Shown piece after piece: positions 1 to 10,838 of a stretch of DNA of 64,000 nt. Below the pieces are notes generated by a model that worked only from the letters and a program-made list of their open reading frames with translations, ran no database searches and was not told where the DNA came from. Position numbers and translations under genes: made by a program. How positions within the stretch are numbered: position 1 is the first letter of the stretch; each line of letters opens with the position of its first letter. The stretch is from Eukaryota sp. GEM-RC1 (Eukaryota), in assembly GCA_040285855.1 (NCBI GenBank), contig JAUFOQ010000002.1, forward strand, positions 930,001-994,000. Direction: 5' to 3'.

Positions 1-2214
1 GAATCGCCCAAGTGAGACTAATTATGTCATGAATCCAACAACCTTAAAATTATCCATGTTTATCATTCTACAGTAGTATTTTATTTAACACCCATATTCA
101 ATTACATGCAATTGTGTTCAGACAATGAATACATCTAATTTACTCTTCTTCACAATAAAAACCATCTTATCTGATATGAACAACCCTTTCTCATCATCTC
201 CTCTTGAACGAGCATTTGCACGTGTTGAACGCTCAGTGCAAAACAATCAAGTCTTACCCCCAAACGCTTCTGATGCCAATAATCCCCCACTTGTACAAAT
301 TGATGACGTACATCCCTCTCAAGAAATCGAAAACGCCTCGCAATCGAATGAGCCTGATAAATTACCAAAAACAGGAACTAAAAGAAGGGTTCAGCAAGTA
401 TCCACTAAACAAGCACGCAAAACAGTTCTTCAATGGATGGAAAATTGGGTAGTGGAGCAAGACACTGATAAAGGCTTGATGGCTGCAGCTATCAAACAGT
501 TTCCTGATCACTTCAGGGCGTCTCCAAACGCAAACATTAAAAAAAGCGTCTAACTGGTGGAAAGAACGTCATTCCTTCTACAGAAGCTTAGAAACCGAAA
601 AGCTTTCACTGCAAAGAGTGCAAAACAGCACCGTAAAGAAAGTTTTGTTGAAGGCGAACAGCGGACGTGGAAGAAAAAGAGCAGCGTGGGTTGATTGGCT
701 CCACAAAGAACTGCTACGAGAGTTTGAGTTCATGAAGAAGGCCGGTTGTAAGATGGATACAAGTATATTAGAAGATGTGGCGAAATATGTCCTAAGATCA
801 AGAAATCATGCCATCTTCCAGCCAGACTGGATTGATCCTGACAACAAGTCAGACAAGACTCTTATTGACCGTATTCAAGCGAAATGGATTCATCAGTTCA
901 TGGTTCGTTTCAACATTGTTCCTAGAACACAGACGGGAAAACTGTCTGTTGGTGCAGTGAAACAGGAAGAAATTGAAAGGGCTGTTGCCTTTCATTTAGG
1001 AAATGTATCGAGAATGTTTGCTCAAGGATTAGATGACCGTCAAATTTGCAATTTTGATGAAACCCATTTTCGAATTAATATGGACAACAAAAAAACCTTG
1101 GGTTTTATTGGTGATGAAGAAGTGCGATATACTGATGTTGTTAGTGGCTCTCAAGGAATGACGTTAGTAGTCAAGTTGACTGGTGGCCCAAACGCTCGTA
1201 TTGATGTTCCTTTTATTATTTTTCAGAATCAGGCTGAAAGTCACCCGATCAAAAACATTGGTGATAAAGATCCTGGAGTGGCATATCGAACAGCCAAGAA
1301 GGGTTTTATGACTTCAACAAAGTTTGCAGAGTATTTTGAGGAACGAAGAGTGAACAAACGACTCACTAACAACAAGCAGCAAATATTGTTTTGTGACAAC
1401 GTCCCCACTCACAAACTGACTCCAAGAGTGAAGAATGCATTGACCCGCTTGAATGCTGTTGTAAGCTTCCTTCCGCCAAATGCAACCCACCTTGTACAGC
1501 CATGTGATACTTTCATCATTGCTATGATTAAAAAAGCATGGTCTCAATCTTGGGATAGGAAAAAACTGGAAATGACACAACTCGGTGATTTCAGCAACTC
1601 TGGTAAGCTTCCAAATCCAGGTAAAAAGTATTTCTTACAGCTTGCGAAACAAGTTGTTCAAGATATCAATCGAAAGAGAAATGAGAACGGGGATTCATTT
1701 GCTAGAGTGGCCATGATGAGATGTGGATTAGGATTGGATGACGAGGGACAATGGAATATCAAGCATTTGAGTCCCGAACTTCAAGCTATCGTGGCAAGAT
1801 ACAGAACTAACTTCGATGGCGAAAGACCGGATAACTACGAAGATGATTATTGGAATGAAATCAGTGATGTGAAAGACGATGGCGACTTTCAAGCTCCTGA
1901 GGATGAATCAGAAGAAGACCATGAAGAAGAAGAAGTGGTCAATGTTCCAGAAGAAGAGATCATTGATTTAATGAGTGACAATGATGATTGCTATACATTA
2001 GAGTAGTTTTATTGATAAAGTTATGTTAACAAGACTGCTAGTCATCCACTCCAACAACAATTTTTTAAGGACATAATTAGTCTCACGACCAAATTAGTCT
2101 CACTACATAAATAGTCTCACTACAAAATTAGTCTCAGTGAGACTAATTAAGGGATGGAGGGTCAAAAGTTCAATACAAAATTAGTCTCAGTGAGACTAAT
2201 TACTGCTGCCGGTG
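1..2214 (+). mobile_element. pogo/Tigger-family (Tc1-mariner superfamily) DNA transposon; left end lies outside the window
   Basis: Transposase ORF; 17-bp inverted match GTGAGACTAATTATGTC (12-28) with 2070-2086; array of TAGTCTCA/TGAGACTA motifs at 2070-2200; putative right end ...CCGGTG followed by TA at 2215-2216. Confidence 0.8.
125..2006 (+). CDS. pogo-type DDE_1 transposase with CENP-B-like HTH; one frameshift in the A7 run at 539-545
   Basis: Motifs NFDETH, FCDN, FLPPNATHLVQPCD (36 residues between the 2nd and 3rd Asp); acidic tail. Removing one A joins ORF 125-553 to ORF 618-2006. Confidence 0.88.
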
Positions 2215-2767
2215 TAAAATTGTCGTGTTGAGTTTGCAAAAGTTTTGTCAATTTACCCAATGTTGTCTGGTAACTTGTCAATTTACCTTTTCTCATTGTA
2301 CCACTACACTGGAACCAAAATGATTCAACATCAGACTGTCAATCACATATGAGTTTGAAACTTCAGTTGTTAAAAGATTTAAATGTATTGATGGCGGAAA
2401 TTTTGAGTTTTCATTTGAATGATAGGGACAAGTACTTTAATATTTTGTCGTTGACCAATACTTTTGTTGTGTCGATATTACATTTAAATGATGAAGTGAT
2501 GTGTGATGAACAGTGTTTGGGAATATTGGATGAATTTCGTGAAGTGATGTGTGAGTATTGTTGCGGGATTGGATATAAGGAGTCGTTTTCGTTGGCTGTG
2601 ATGTTTGCGAGGGTGATGGGGGGATATAGTAGTGTTAGTTAAGTTTGATAAACTGATGTTGTGTATTTTATTGGTTATGTTTAACGACATTATATATACT
2701 AGTAGAAGAAAAAATTATGGGCAACAACAATTCAATACACATACGACACGTTGATTGAGATTGATTC

Positions 2768-2890
2768 TCACCAAATGTTGTCATTACAAATGTTGTATCA
2801 CCAAATGTTGTCATTACAAATGTTGTATCACCAAATGTTGTATCACCAAATGTTGTCATTACAAATGTTGTAGTTACAAATGTTGTACAT
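2768..2890. repeat. Tandem array of ~14-16 bp units (CAAATGTTGT core)
   Basis: About 8 copies of CAAATGTTGT separated by CATTA / ATCAC / AGTTA spacers. Confidence 0.85.
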
Positions 2891-3619
2891 GTAGTTATAA
2901 CTTGGTGTCTTTGTGTCTTCTGATGCATGAAGCTTCATGGACTTGATGTCGTTGACCTTAGTCTCATTCCAGATAGCATCCTGACGAAGTTGTTCAAATT
3001 CTTCGCCATCTAGAAGAAGGTCCCAGTTTGTTAAAGTAAAGGGCATGTATTGAGGTGCAATTATTTGTGTACAGGCAATTCAGAATTTGATCTGACTCCT
3101 ATAAATACAACTGCAATTGGTCAGTTTGGTACATTGTACTGACTACAAACACATCTTAGCTTCTTGTAGATGATAATGGGTTCCTTCAGTCTGATTTCAT
3201 TATCATGTATTGTGTTGCTATGCAAAAATACAGTTAAAAACGACTGAAGACACAGCAGTGTATTACACGATCAGAGTTGTAGCAAACCAGCAGAGTTGTA
3301 GCAAACCTTAGTGTTTTCCTTTGGAGGATAAGATGTCAATGTGATGTATGAGTTGTAGGATGGTTGTACAACGTTGAGTTTGTTCATGACATGGTTGAAC
3401 ACGGTTCACAATTCTAAGAACGAATACATGCAAACACGTCTCTATCTTGAAAGAAGCTCAACACTGGATATCAAAAGATGTATGGAATCCATCAAAGAAG
3501 GTATAAGTGTATCAGTTTGGGGATATGTGGTTATGGGGTGAAGAGTATTTGGGGTAAAATGATTTTGGGGAGTATGCACTGCACCCCAAATGAATTCAAC
3601 TAGAACACTAGTACACTAA

Positions 3620-4147
3620 ATGACCCACACTATTGTTGTAATTGGCTCCGGATCTGTGGGTAAATCCTCACTGACTCTTCAACTTGTCCAAGGTCAGTTC
3701 TTTGAAGTTTATGATCCCACTGTTGTTGAATCTTTTCGTGCTGAACTTCTTGTTAATGGTCGTCGAGTTCCTCTAGAAATTATAGATACTGCAGGTCAAG
3801 ATGACTTCTCTTCTCTTCGTGATGGATTCATTTCTCAAGGTGATGGTTTCCTGTTGGTTTATTCCATAGATTGTCCTGCCTCTTTTGAAGAAGCCAAACT
3901 GCTGTATCAACAAGTTCTAGATGCCAAAGGTACAGAGACGGTTCCCATTGTTATTGTTGCAAACAAATGCGATCTACAACAAAATCGCAAGGTTTCCAAA
4001 GAAGATGGCGAGGCTTTTGCCAAACGATGTCAGGCTCCCTTCTTTGAATCTTCTGCAAAGAACTTTACAAATGTCAAGGAGGCTTTTGTGGAAGCGGTGA
4101 AGCAAATCCAAAGTTCCCAATCCAAGGGATGTTGTTCTTTGATGTAG
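3620..4147 (+). CDS. Ras/Rap-family small GTPase
   Basis: GSGSVGKS P-loop, YDPT, DTAGQ, NKCD, ESSAK, C-terminal CCSLM CaaX box. Confidence 0.95.
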   Translation: MTHTIVVIGSGSVGKSSLTLQLVQGQFFEVYDPTVVESFRAELLVNGRRVPLEIIDTAGQDDFSSLRDGFISQGDGFLLVYSIDCPASFEEAKLLYQQVLDAKGTETVPIVIVANKCDLQQNRKVSKEDGEAFAKRCQAPFFESSAKNFTNVKEAFVEAVKQIQSSQSKGCCSLM

Positions 4148-4191
4148 TTCAGCTAGTTTTTGATTAACTTCGTGTATAATTACTGTACATA

Positions 4192-5292
4192 TCAACAATG
4201 CATATTTATTTCCGATCTTTTAATCAGATATTCGTCAAAATAATTGAACAACACATTATTAGATGCCTGTTGTAACCAAAATTCAAAGAATGAATGAAGT
4301 TTAGCCCATGTTAAACCATAATCCCATAAAATTTGCATCCGGGACAAGTTTGTTGGTGGATGATAAATATGCACAAGAAAATGATCAGGAATGACAAAAA
4401 CATTGAAATTAAGAACTGAAAGATGAGCAGAATGTTGCATCTTGTTACGATAGCCATATGGAAAACGTTCATCAAATGGTGGTGTTGTCAGCAAATGAGT
4501 GATAAAATAAGGCTCATTACGATAATCATTAAACCGAGTTGGATAGATAGAACTGGATTGCCTCCACACACTGAATTTAGTGAGACTGTGTGCAACAGGA
4601 AGTTCTGGATCGAAGGGGAACATCATATCAAGGTCCCAAAGTTTGATTAGTTCAGGTTTGGTCTTTGGGCATACAAGTGTTGTGTTTGCCTGCTCAAATG
4701 CTGGAACAATGTATACTTCACCAGGTGAAGGTAATGAAACAAAAGCTAAATCAGGTGAAGGGATGAAGTCAACATCAAGCCAAATATAGTGGGAAGTATT
4801 AACAAGGCTAAGTACGTGATTGCGCAAAGCATTTATAGGTAGAACATCGTTATATCCAAATATCAGGTCTATAGTAACAGAAGAGTAGAAAGGATCATTG
4901 AAATGGTGGACAGCAAAGCAAGCGTCAATGAAGTTTCGAACCATAACGGCTGCTGCTATGGGGCCATCGTAATTAGCCACTTGTAAGTTGAACCTCTCTA
5001 ATCGATTAAGAGAGAAGAAGGTGGATAGTGTTAGTGAAGAATTTCGGTTCACAGAAGGTGTTCGTAGAGAAAGAGAATTAACAGGGAAAATAAATCGAGA
5101 CTCTCGTAACCAAGGCAGCAGAGGAATACGTCTGTCTAACCGATGACGAGGATGTTGGTCACACACATGCATCAGTTGAGAATAAGATTGTGGTAAATGC
5201 ATATCAGAGCTGTGACGAACAAATCGCTTTCCAATAACGAGAATGATTAACAGGAACGATAGTGTGACCAGACGCGACTGATATTGTTTCAT
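4192..5292 (-). CDS. Glycosyltransferase family 49 (LARGE/B4GAT1-like), type II membrane protein
   Basis: N-terminal TM segment; PINALRN, LDVDF (DxD), VPAFE, EPY, FDERF..YG..NK, FLVH motifs. Confidence 0.85.
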   Translation of the reverse strand: MKQYQSRLVTLSFLLIILVIGKRFVRHSSDMHLPQSYSQLMHVCDQHPRHRLDRRIPLLPWLRESRFIFPVNSLSLRTPSVNRNSSLTLSTFFSLNRLERFNLQVANYDGPIAAAVMVRNFIDACFAVHHFNDPFYSSVTIDLIFGYNDVLPINALRNHVLSLVNTSHYIWLDVDFIPSPDLAFVSLPSPGEVYIVPAFEQANTTLVCPKTKPELIKLWDLDMMFPFDPELPVAHSLTKFSVWRQSSSIYPTRFNDYRNEPYFITHLLTTPPFDERFPYGYRNKMQHSAHLSVLNFNVFVIPDHFLVHIYHPPTNLSRMQILWDYGLTWAKLHSFFEFWLQQASNNVLFNYFDEYLIKRSEINMHC

Positions 5293-5517
5293 CTGACAAA
5301 AAGTAGAGATCGAAAAGTTAGTAAGACATCTGTGAAGCTAGACTTATCGGACTAGACTAAACTACTACTGTATCACCTGACTGTTGTGTGATATCGTTTA
5401 TGCATAGAGATAAACTACAATAATAAACTATAAGTCTACTAGTAGTCTACCAGTATAGGACACGACAAAGCCGTACCCACACATCTTCATAAAATAAAGT
5501 AAAGATTGTTTATTTTA

Positions 5518-6084
5518 CTAATACGAAGGAAGCACAATTGACGGAGTAGTGGACTGTACACTATCAGCATGGGCAGTAACACGACGTTTGTACTGTTTTT
5601 TCCCTAGATTGAAGGGTAAATAACGGTATTTGATCCAATGGGACACGTGAACACGGAGCATGGCAAAAGAAATGCCTATAAAGTATATAACAATAATTGG
5701 AAGATATACTGGAACATCAAAGAACGGAATGAAGGTGGCAAACAGTGACAGCAGGGTTGCTGCCATTGAGTGCTTCCACGCTTTGAATTCCGGAAGTTTA
5801 CGAATGAAAGGACGGAATTCATCATCGTCTGTTTGATGTATTGGCAGTTCTGCATTGGTTTCTGAAGGGAGTCCAGACTTTGGCGTGAGAAAGGTTACAA
5901 GAGTGAGAAGAAGAAAGATACCACATGCATATGCAATGATATAGAATCCATCCTTGACTACGACCCTTGTACTGAAAAGAAGAAGAAAAAACACAAAAAC
6001 AAGCCAACGTATTTTGACGAAGGGCGCAGTTTGGTCTATGACAACTTTAAGACGTTGAATCTGAGATTGACTGTTGAGTTGCAT
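5518..6084 (-). CDS. RER1: ER retrieval protein RER1
   Basis: GFYIIAY..GI..L..FLTPK, DEFRPFIRKLPEFK, FFDVPV, H.IKYRYLPF..GK. Confidence 0.95.
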   Translation of the reverse strand: MQLNSQSQIQRLKVVIDQTAPFVKIRWLVFVFFLLLFSTRVVVKDGFYIIAYACGIFLLLTLVTFLTPKSGLPSETNAELPIHQTDDDEFRPFIRKLPEFKAWKHSMAATLLSLFATFIPFFDVPVYLPIIVIYFIGISFAMLRVHVSHWIKYRYLPFNLGKKQYKRRVTAHADSVQSTTPSIVLPSY

Positions 6085-6285
6085 AAGTATATGTAATTTG
6101 ACAAAGCTAGGAAGTTTTGTTGAAACCTGGTTCTACTGTACAGTTCTAGTTCTACATGTAATTCACCAATTACCCTAACTCTGTTCTGTGAGCCAATCAC
6201 TTAATCTTACTCGCAGTTCATGATCATCAAACTACTACAACAGCATACAAAATTTATAAACAAACAGAAATTTCAATAAATAGCT

Positions 6286-8551
6286 CTAATTCTCCTCCTC
6301 CTCTTCTTCTTCTTCACTAATTACAAATTCAGTATCATATCCCGAATCATACTCATATTCACTCTCAACAGGATCAGCTACAACCACTTCTTCCTCTTCT
6401 ACAACATCAGCTGCTTTTGTCTTGGAATCCTCGAAATTCCAAAAATCATCGTCATTAACATTCTCATCCTCATCAGTCTCATCAACATACTCAAACTCCC
6501 CACTTTCATCTCCTTCAGTCTCTTCTCCCTCTGTTTCCTCTTCAGATGATGAGTCAACACCTCTTAAATCATGGCACGCAGGTTCCTTAGTCCAGTTACA
6601 CATGGGATTATAACCAGGTAAAGGAAGATCGAGAACAAAAGACAAGGTACCAGGAAGTAACGATGATATCGAAAGTGGTTGAACAACGTGTTGAGATGAG
6701 TCAGTCCACGATTCAATAGAGCTCATCAATAAAGAATTAAATTCTTCAACAGGCAAGTCTGACTCAGACTCAGTAACCTTTTGTAACAAATTCTCTCGAT
6801 CAACCAACAACAAATCCACTAGTCTGGCCCTTGATCTCACGTTAAAGTCAGAATCGTAACTAGCGCATTTGAGAACAAACGCAACCAGTGATTTGATTAT
6901 CTCGTCATCTGATTGCTTGACATACATAACACCTGCCATAGAAACAATGGCTAACTTGGTCTCCACTCCCTCAGATTTGAAGTTTTTGGCGGCAATACGT
7001 AGCATTTCTCTAGCAAAGTTAGGTAGGAGGTAACCGTATTGACGGAACAGATGGACAACAGACGCCTTGCAAGAAGCAGAGGAGACTTGTTCATATCTTC
7101 TCATGATTGCGGCAAGAACGTCAACTAGATTGGCAAAAGATAAATCAGAATGATTGATTAACACTCCCAAGAGCTCAGAGACAGCACTTACAGCCTTATC
7201 CATCAGACTTGATGAGTTTCCGATTGAATCACGAGGACCAATGAGCTTGATTAAAGTTTTAAGAGCATCGACAGCAACTGTAGACGATCCTTGATTAACA
7301 CAGGAAATTGCCACCGATGAGAGACAATCAATTGCCTTCAACGACAGCGAGTGATTGAGTGACTGACAATGAAGGTCAAATTCCGGTATGATGATGTGAC
7401 AATTATCGATATTCACCAACAACGTCAATACTGTGAGTTTCATTCTACGAACAAACAGCGAATCTGAAGGTACTATAAAAAACACTTTCACCGATCGTTC
7501 AAACATACTCGGATGATGTTTAACAATAGGTAACAACGAATTCATCAAGAAAAACCTAGCTTCAGGAGACATCTTCCTTTTAACACACCGAACAATCGTC
7601 TTACACATGTCACTAAATAGAACTGACTGGGAAGGACAAGTTTGATAGATAGCTAAACAAGCAGATGAAACAACTGCAAGGTTTTGATGGTTTAGCAGAG
7701 GTTTTAGTGATTCCAGGAAGAGACGATGGTCAAAGTCTAAAAAGGACAGCGCATCAAGTGGCTCCTGAGTGAAATCAGCATCGTCATCAGATTGATTGAG
7801 CTGATCCAAATCAACACTGTCGAGGTTGAATTCTGAGCGAACATAACGTGACATTAGGTCTAAAATCCCAGGGAGAAGGTACTGATCGAAGTCAGCCAGT
7901 AGATGAGTAAGTTTTCTATACACTGGATGAAGAATCTCCTTAATTAGAACAAAATCTTCTATCCCAAGTTCTAATTCAATAATGGCAGTAAGAGCAGCAG
8001 CCACCACCCATACATTGGCGTCTTTAAGAGCGGCATGAGACAAGTGAATGGCGACCTCCTTAGCATTACTGTTAAGGAAAGAAGCCTTAATGAGGGCGTA
8101 GATGGCAGATGCTCGGACTTGAGGATTGGAATCGGTGGTACCGGTCTCAGCAGAAGTTAAAATGTCCTGGAGAACAACGTCTGTTTTTAGAGAAGATAAG
8201 ACTCGAAGAGCTTGAGAGCGGATAGATGGATTTGGGTCAGAAAGAGCTCGTACATGGTTAGATACCGCTAGAAGTGTTTCTGTTGGATGGTTGTGGGCGT
8301 TATGAATGACAAAAGCATTGATGAGATGAGATAGAGTGGGATGTTCATGATGTGTGTTTTTAATGACTTCAACAAAAGCATCATCACAGTCTTTGTCCTT
8401 ACAAATCATCTTGAGTAAGACTGAATGGTTAACGTACAGATAAGAGACGACGCATTCCATCAATTTTATCTTTGATGGACGACTTGTGTAATAAATCTAA
8501 GGTCTTTGACAAGTTTTGCTTGTGTGCATCCTCGAATAGGTTGTTGCTCAT
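6286..8551 (-). CDS. AP3B: AP-3 complex beta subunit (adaptin); exon 1 8551-8438, intron 8437-8410, exon 2 8409-6286
   Basis: Spliced N-terminus MSNNLFED...KDKIDGMRRLLS|MICKDKD matches the beta-3 adaptin start; DPNPSIRSQALRVLSS, LHPVYRKL, DHRLFL, YDSDFNVRSRAR; acidic C-terminus. Confidence 0.88.
8410..8437 (-). other. 28-nt spliceosomal intron in AP3B
   Basis: GTACGT...CTTACTCAAG; removal restores the conserved adaptin N-terminus in frame. Confidence 0.85.
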
Positions 8552-8583
8552 ATGACAATTGGAAGTTAAAGAATTTTTCGTTA

Positions 8584-10609
8584 ATGAATTTCGCTTCACC
8601 CAAGTCCACCACCTCCAAGTTTACCCCTGTAAACGATACGGACGGTAAAATCATAGCAATAACTGCAAATCCACAGTACAAAGGTAAAACTTTTGAACAG
8701 ATTCGCATGAACGATTATCAAAATTTAGGAAGATTGTCTGGGTCACAACCCTCAGCTTTTGGATCCACTCGTCCAGCATTTGGTGGACAGTCCACTTTGG
8801 AGCACCTTCGTTTGGAACTCAAGGAACTCAACAGGCTACATCTAGCTTTGCTACCCCATCTGCTTCAGCTCCATTTGGACAACCTCAACGTCCTTCTACA
8901 TCTCTGTTTGGTCAACCTGCACAACCACAACAACAAACTCCTTCATTGTTTGGTTCCGCACCTGGAAGCTCTACACCTTCTTTTGGTCAAACTACACAAC
9001 CACAACAGTCCACTAATCTGTTTGGTCAGCCACAACAGTCTACATCTACTAGTCTGTTTGGTCAACAACCACAACAACAATCTACCTCTTTGTTTGGTCA
9101 ACAACCACAACAACAATCTACCTCTTTGTTTGGTCAACCTGCACAACAACGACAACAAACTCCTTCATTGTTTGGTTCCGCACCTGGAAGCTCTACACCT
9201 TCTTTTGGTCAAACTACACAACCACAACAGTCCACTAGTCTGTTTGGTCAGCCACAACAGTCTACATCTACTAGTCTGTTTGGTCAGCCACAACAGTCTA
9301 CATCTACTAGTCTGTTTGGTCAGCCTCAACAACAGCAACAGTCTGGTGGTATGTTTGGTCAACAGCAACAGCCTACGTCTACCAGTCTGTTTGGTCAGCC
9401 TCAACAACAGTCTGCGTCTACCAGTCTGTTTGGTCAGCCTCAACAACAGCAACAGCCTGGTAGTATTTTTTGGTCAACAGCAACAGCCTACGTCCACCGG
9501 TCTGTTTGGTCAGCCTCAACAACAGTCTGCGTCTACCAGTCTGTTTGGTCAGCCTCAACAACAGCAACAGTCTGGTAGTATTTTTGGTCAACAACCGCCA
9601 CAACAACAGTCTACTTCTCCCTTTGGTCAACCTCAACAAGCTCAACAAACCTCATCCTCCTTGTTTGGTCAACCACAACAACAGCAACCTTTTTCCTCAA
9701 CCCCTTCCTTCACCTCAACCCCTGCTCAACAGACCTCTTCCTTCTTCACCCCGTCTGGCACACAACCTCAACAACAGCAACAGCAAGCTCCATCCACAAC
9801 CATCATTCTTCCTCCCAGTATCCAAGCCCAACCTTCACCTTATACCACCACCTCTCACTTTGGAGCACCACAACAACAACCTCCTTCTGTTACTCCCTCT
9901 AAGTCCAAGTCCAGACCTATACCTCGTCCACAAAGAGCTATAACACCAGGAGTTAGAATGAGACTGAAACCTTCCAGGGCCAAAACCCCTTCTAGATCTG
10001 TATTCCTTGAGTCTTCTCCAACGCTAACCTCTGCTGCTGGACTCTCCCCCTCTGATGTCTTCTCTCCAAAGCCAACTCCCAGAAGTAGAGATATGATGAC
10101 TCTTCGCCCTCAAGATCCTGCCACTTCTTCCCCCACATCTACTTCTTCCCCGCAACCATTACAGTCACCGCCTCAGGTTGTTACTCATCAAGCACCGGTA
10201 TTAACAAAGCCTGGATATTATACAGTTCCCTCAATTGCAGAGCTTCAGGACATGCCGTCATCTTCACTATCATCACTTCCCCAGTTTGTAGTGGGATGTG
10301 ATGGTCTGGGGAAAGTGATATGGAAGAACGACGTGGATGTACGTGATCTTAACATTGACGATGCTGTTGAATTCCAGCCGAAATCAGTTGTTGTTTATCC
10401 TGAATCAGCTAAGTCTCTTGACCGTAATGCTGACGTGATTCTGGAGAATGTGTTTCCAAAGAAAGGTAAAGAATCACTACAAAATCCAGCTAAACTTCAT
10501 AAGTTTGAGGAGAAGCTGAGAGAAACTTGTACTCGCCTTGGGGGGAAGGTGGGGTGGGTATAACCCAGAGACTGGTGAGTGGAAGTTTTCTGTTACAAAG
10601 TTTTCGTGA
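8584..10609 (+). CDS. NUP98: Nucleoporin Nup98-like (GLEBS, SLFG repeats, C-terminal autoproteolysis-type domain); frameshifts near 8796, 9468 and 10545
   Basis: ITANPQYKGKTFEQIRMNDY (GLEBS-like); many SLFGQPQQ repeats; PGYYTVPSIAEL...FVVG...G...VDV..L; corrected end YNPETGEWKFSVTKFS*. Confidence 0.9.
8900..9690 (+). repeat. Coding tandem repeats encoding FG motifs
   Basis: Repeated TGTTTGGTCA(A/G)CC(A/T)CAACA units, including longer duplicated blocks. Confidence 0.9.
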
Positions 10610-10838
10610 TGATTGGTTTTTTTAGTTATTGTGTCTATGTGACCGTTTTTGTGTCCGTGTTTCCTTTGAATTTATTTAAATTTTTGCGATGTTTCGAGTT
10701 ATATAATGCTAGTAGAATAAATTGATTGTAGAATTGTTTGTGATACATCTATGTATGAGTTACATTCTTCAAGAGTCCATTGAGAGATGTAAAGAAGCTT
10801 TTCTAAAACACAAAAATCATAGACTTTCACTTACCTAA

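Noticed and set aside
2768..2890. CRISPR-like array
   Set aside because: Short units with 4-6 nt recurring spacers, no unique spacers, no cas genes, eukaryotic context.
5293..5327. Possible 5' intron before the GT49 ATG (TACTAAC...CAG)
   Set aside because: Donor GTCTTA and branch spacing do not match the five supported introns.
8796..9470. Leu/His/Asn-rich segment in the 685-aa ORF track translation
   Set aside because: It is the wrong frame of the FG-repeat region between two compensating indels.
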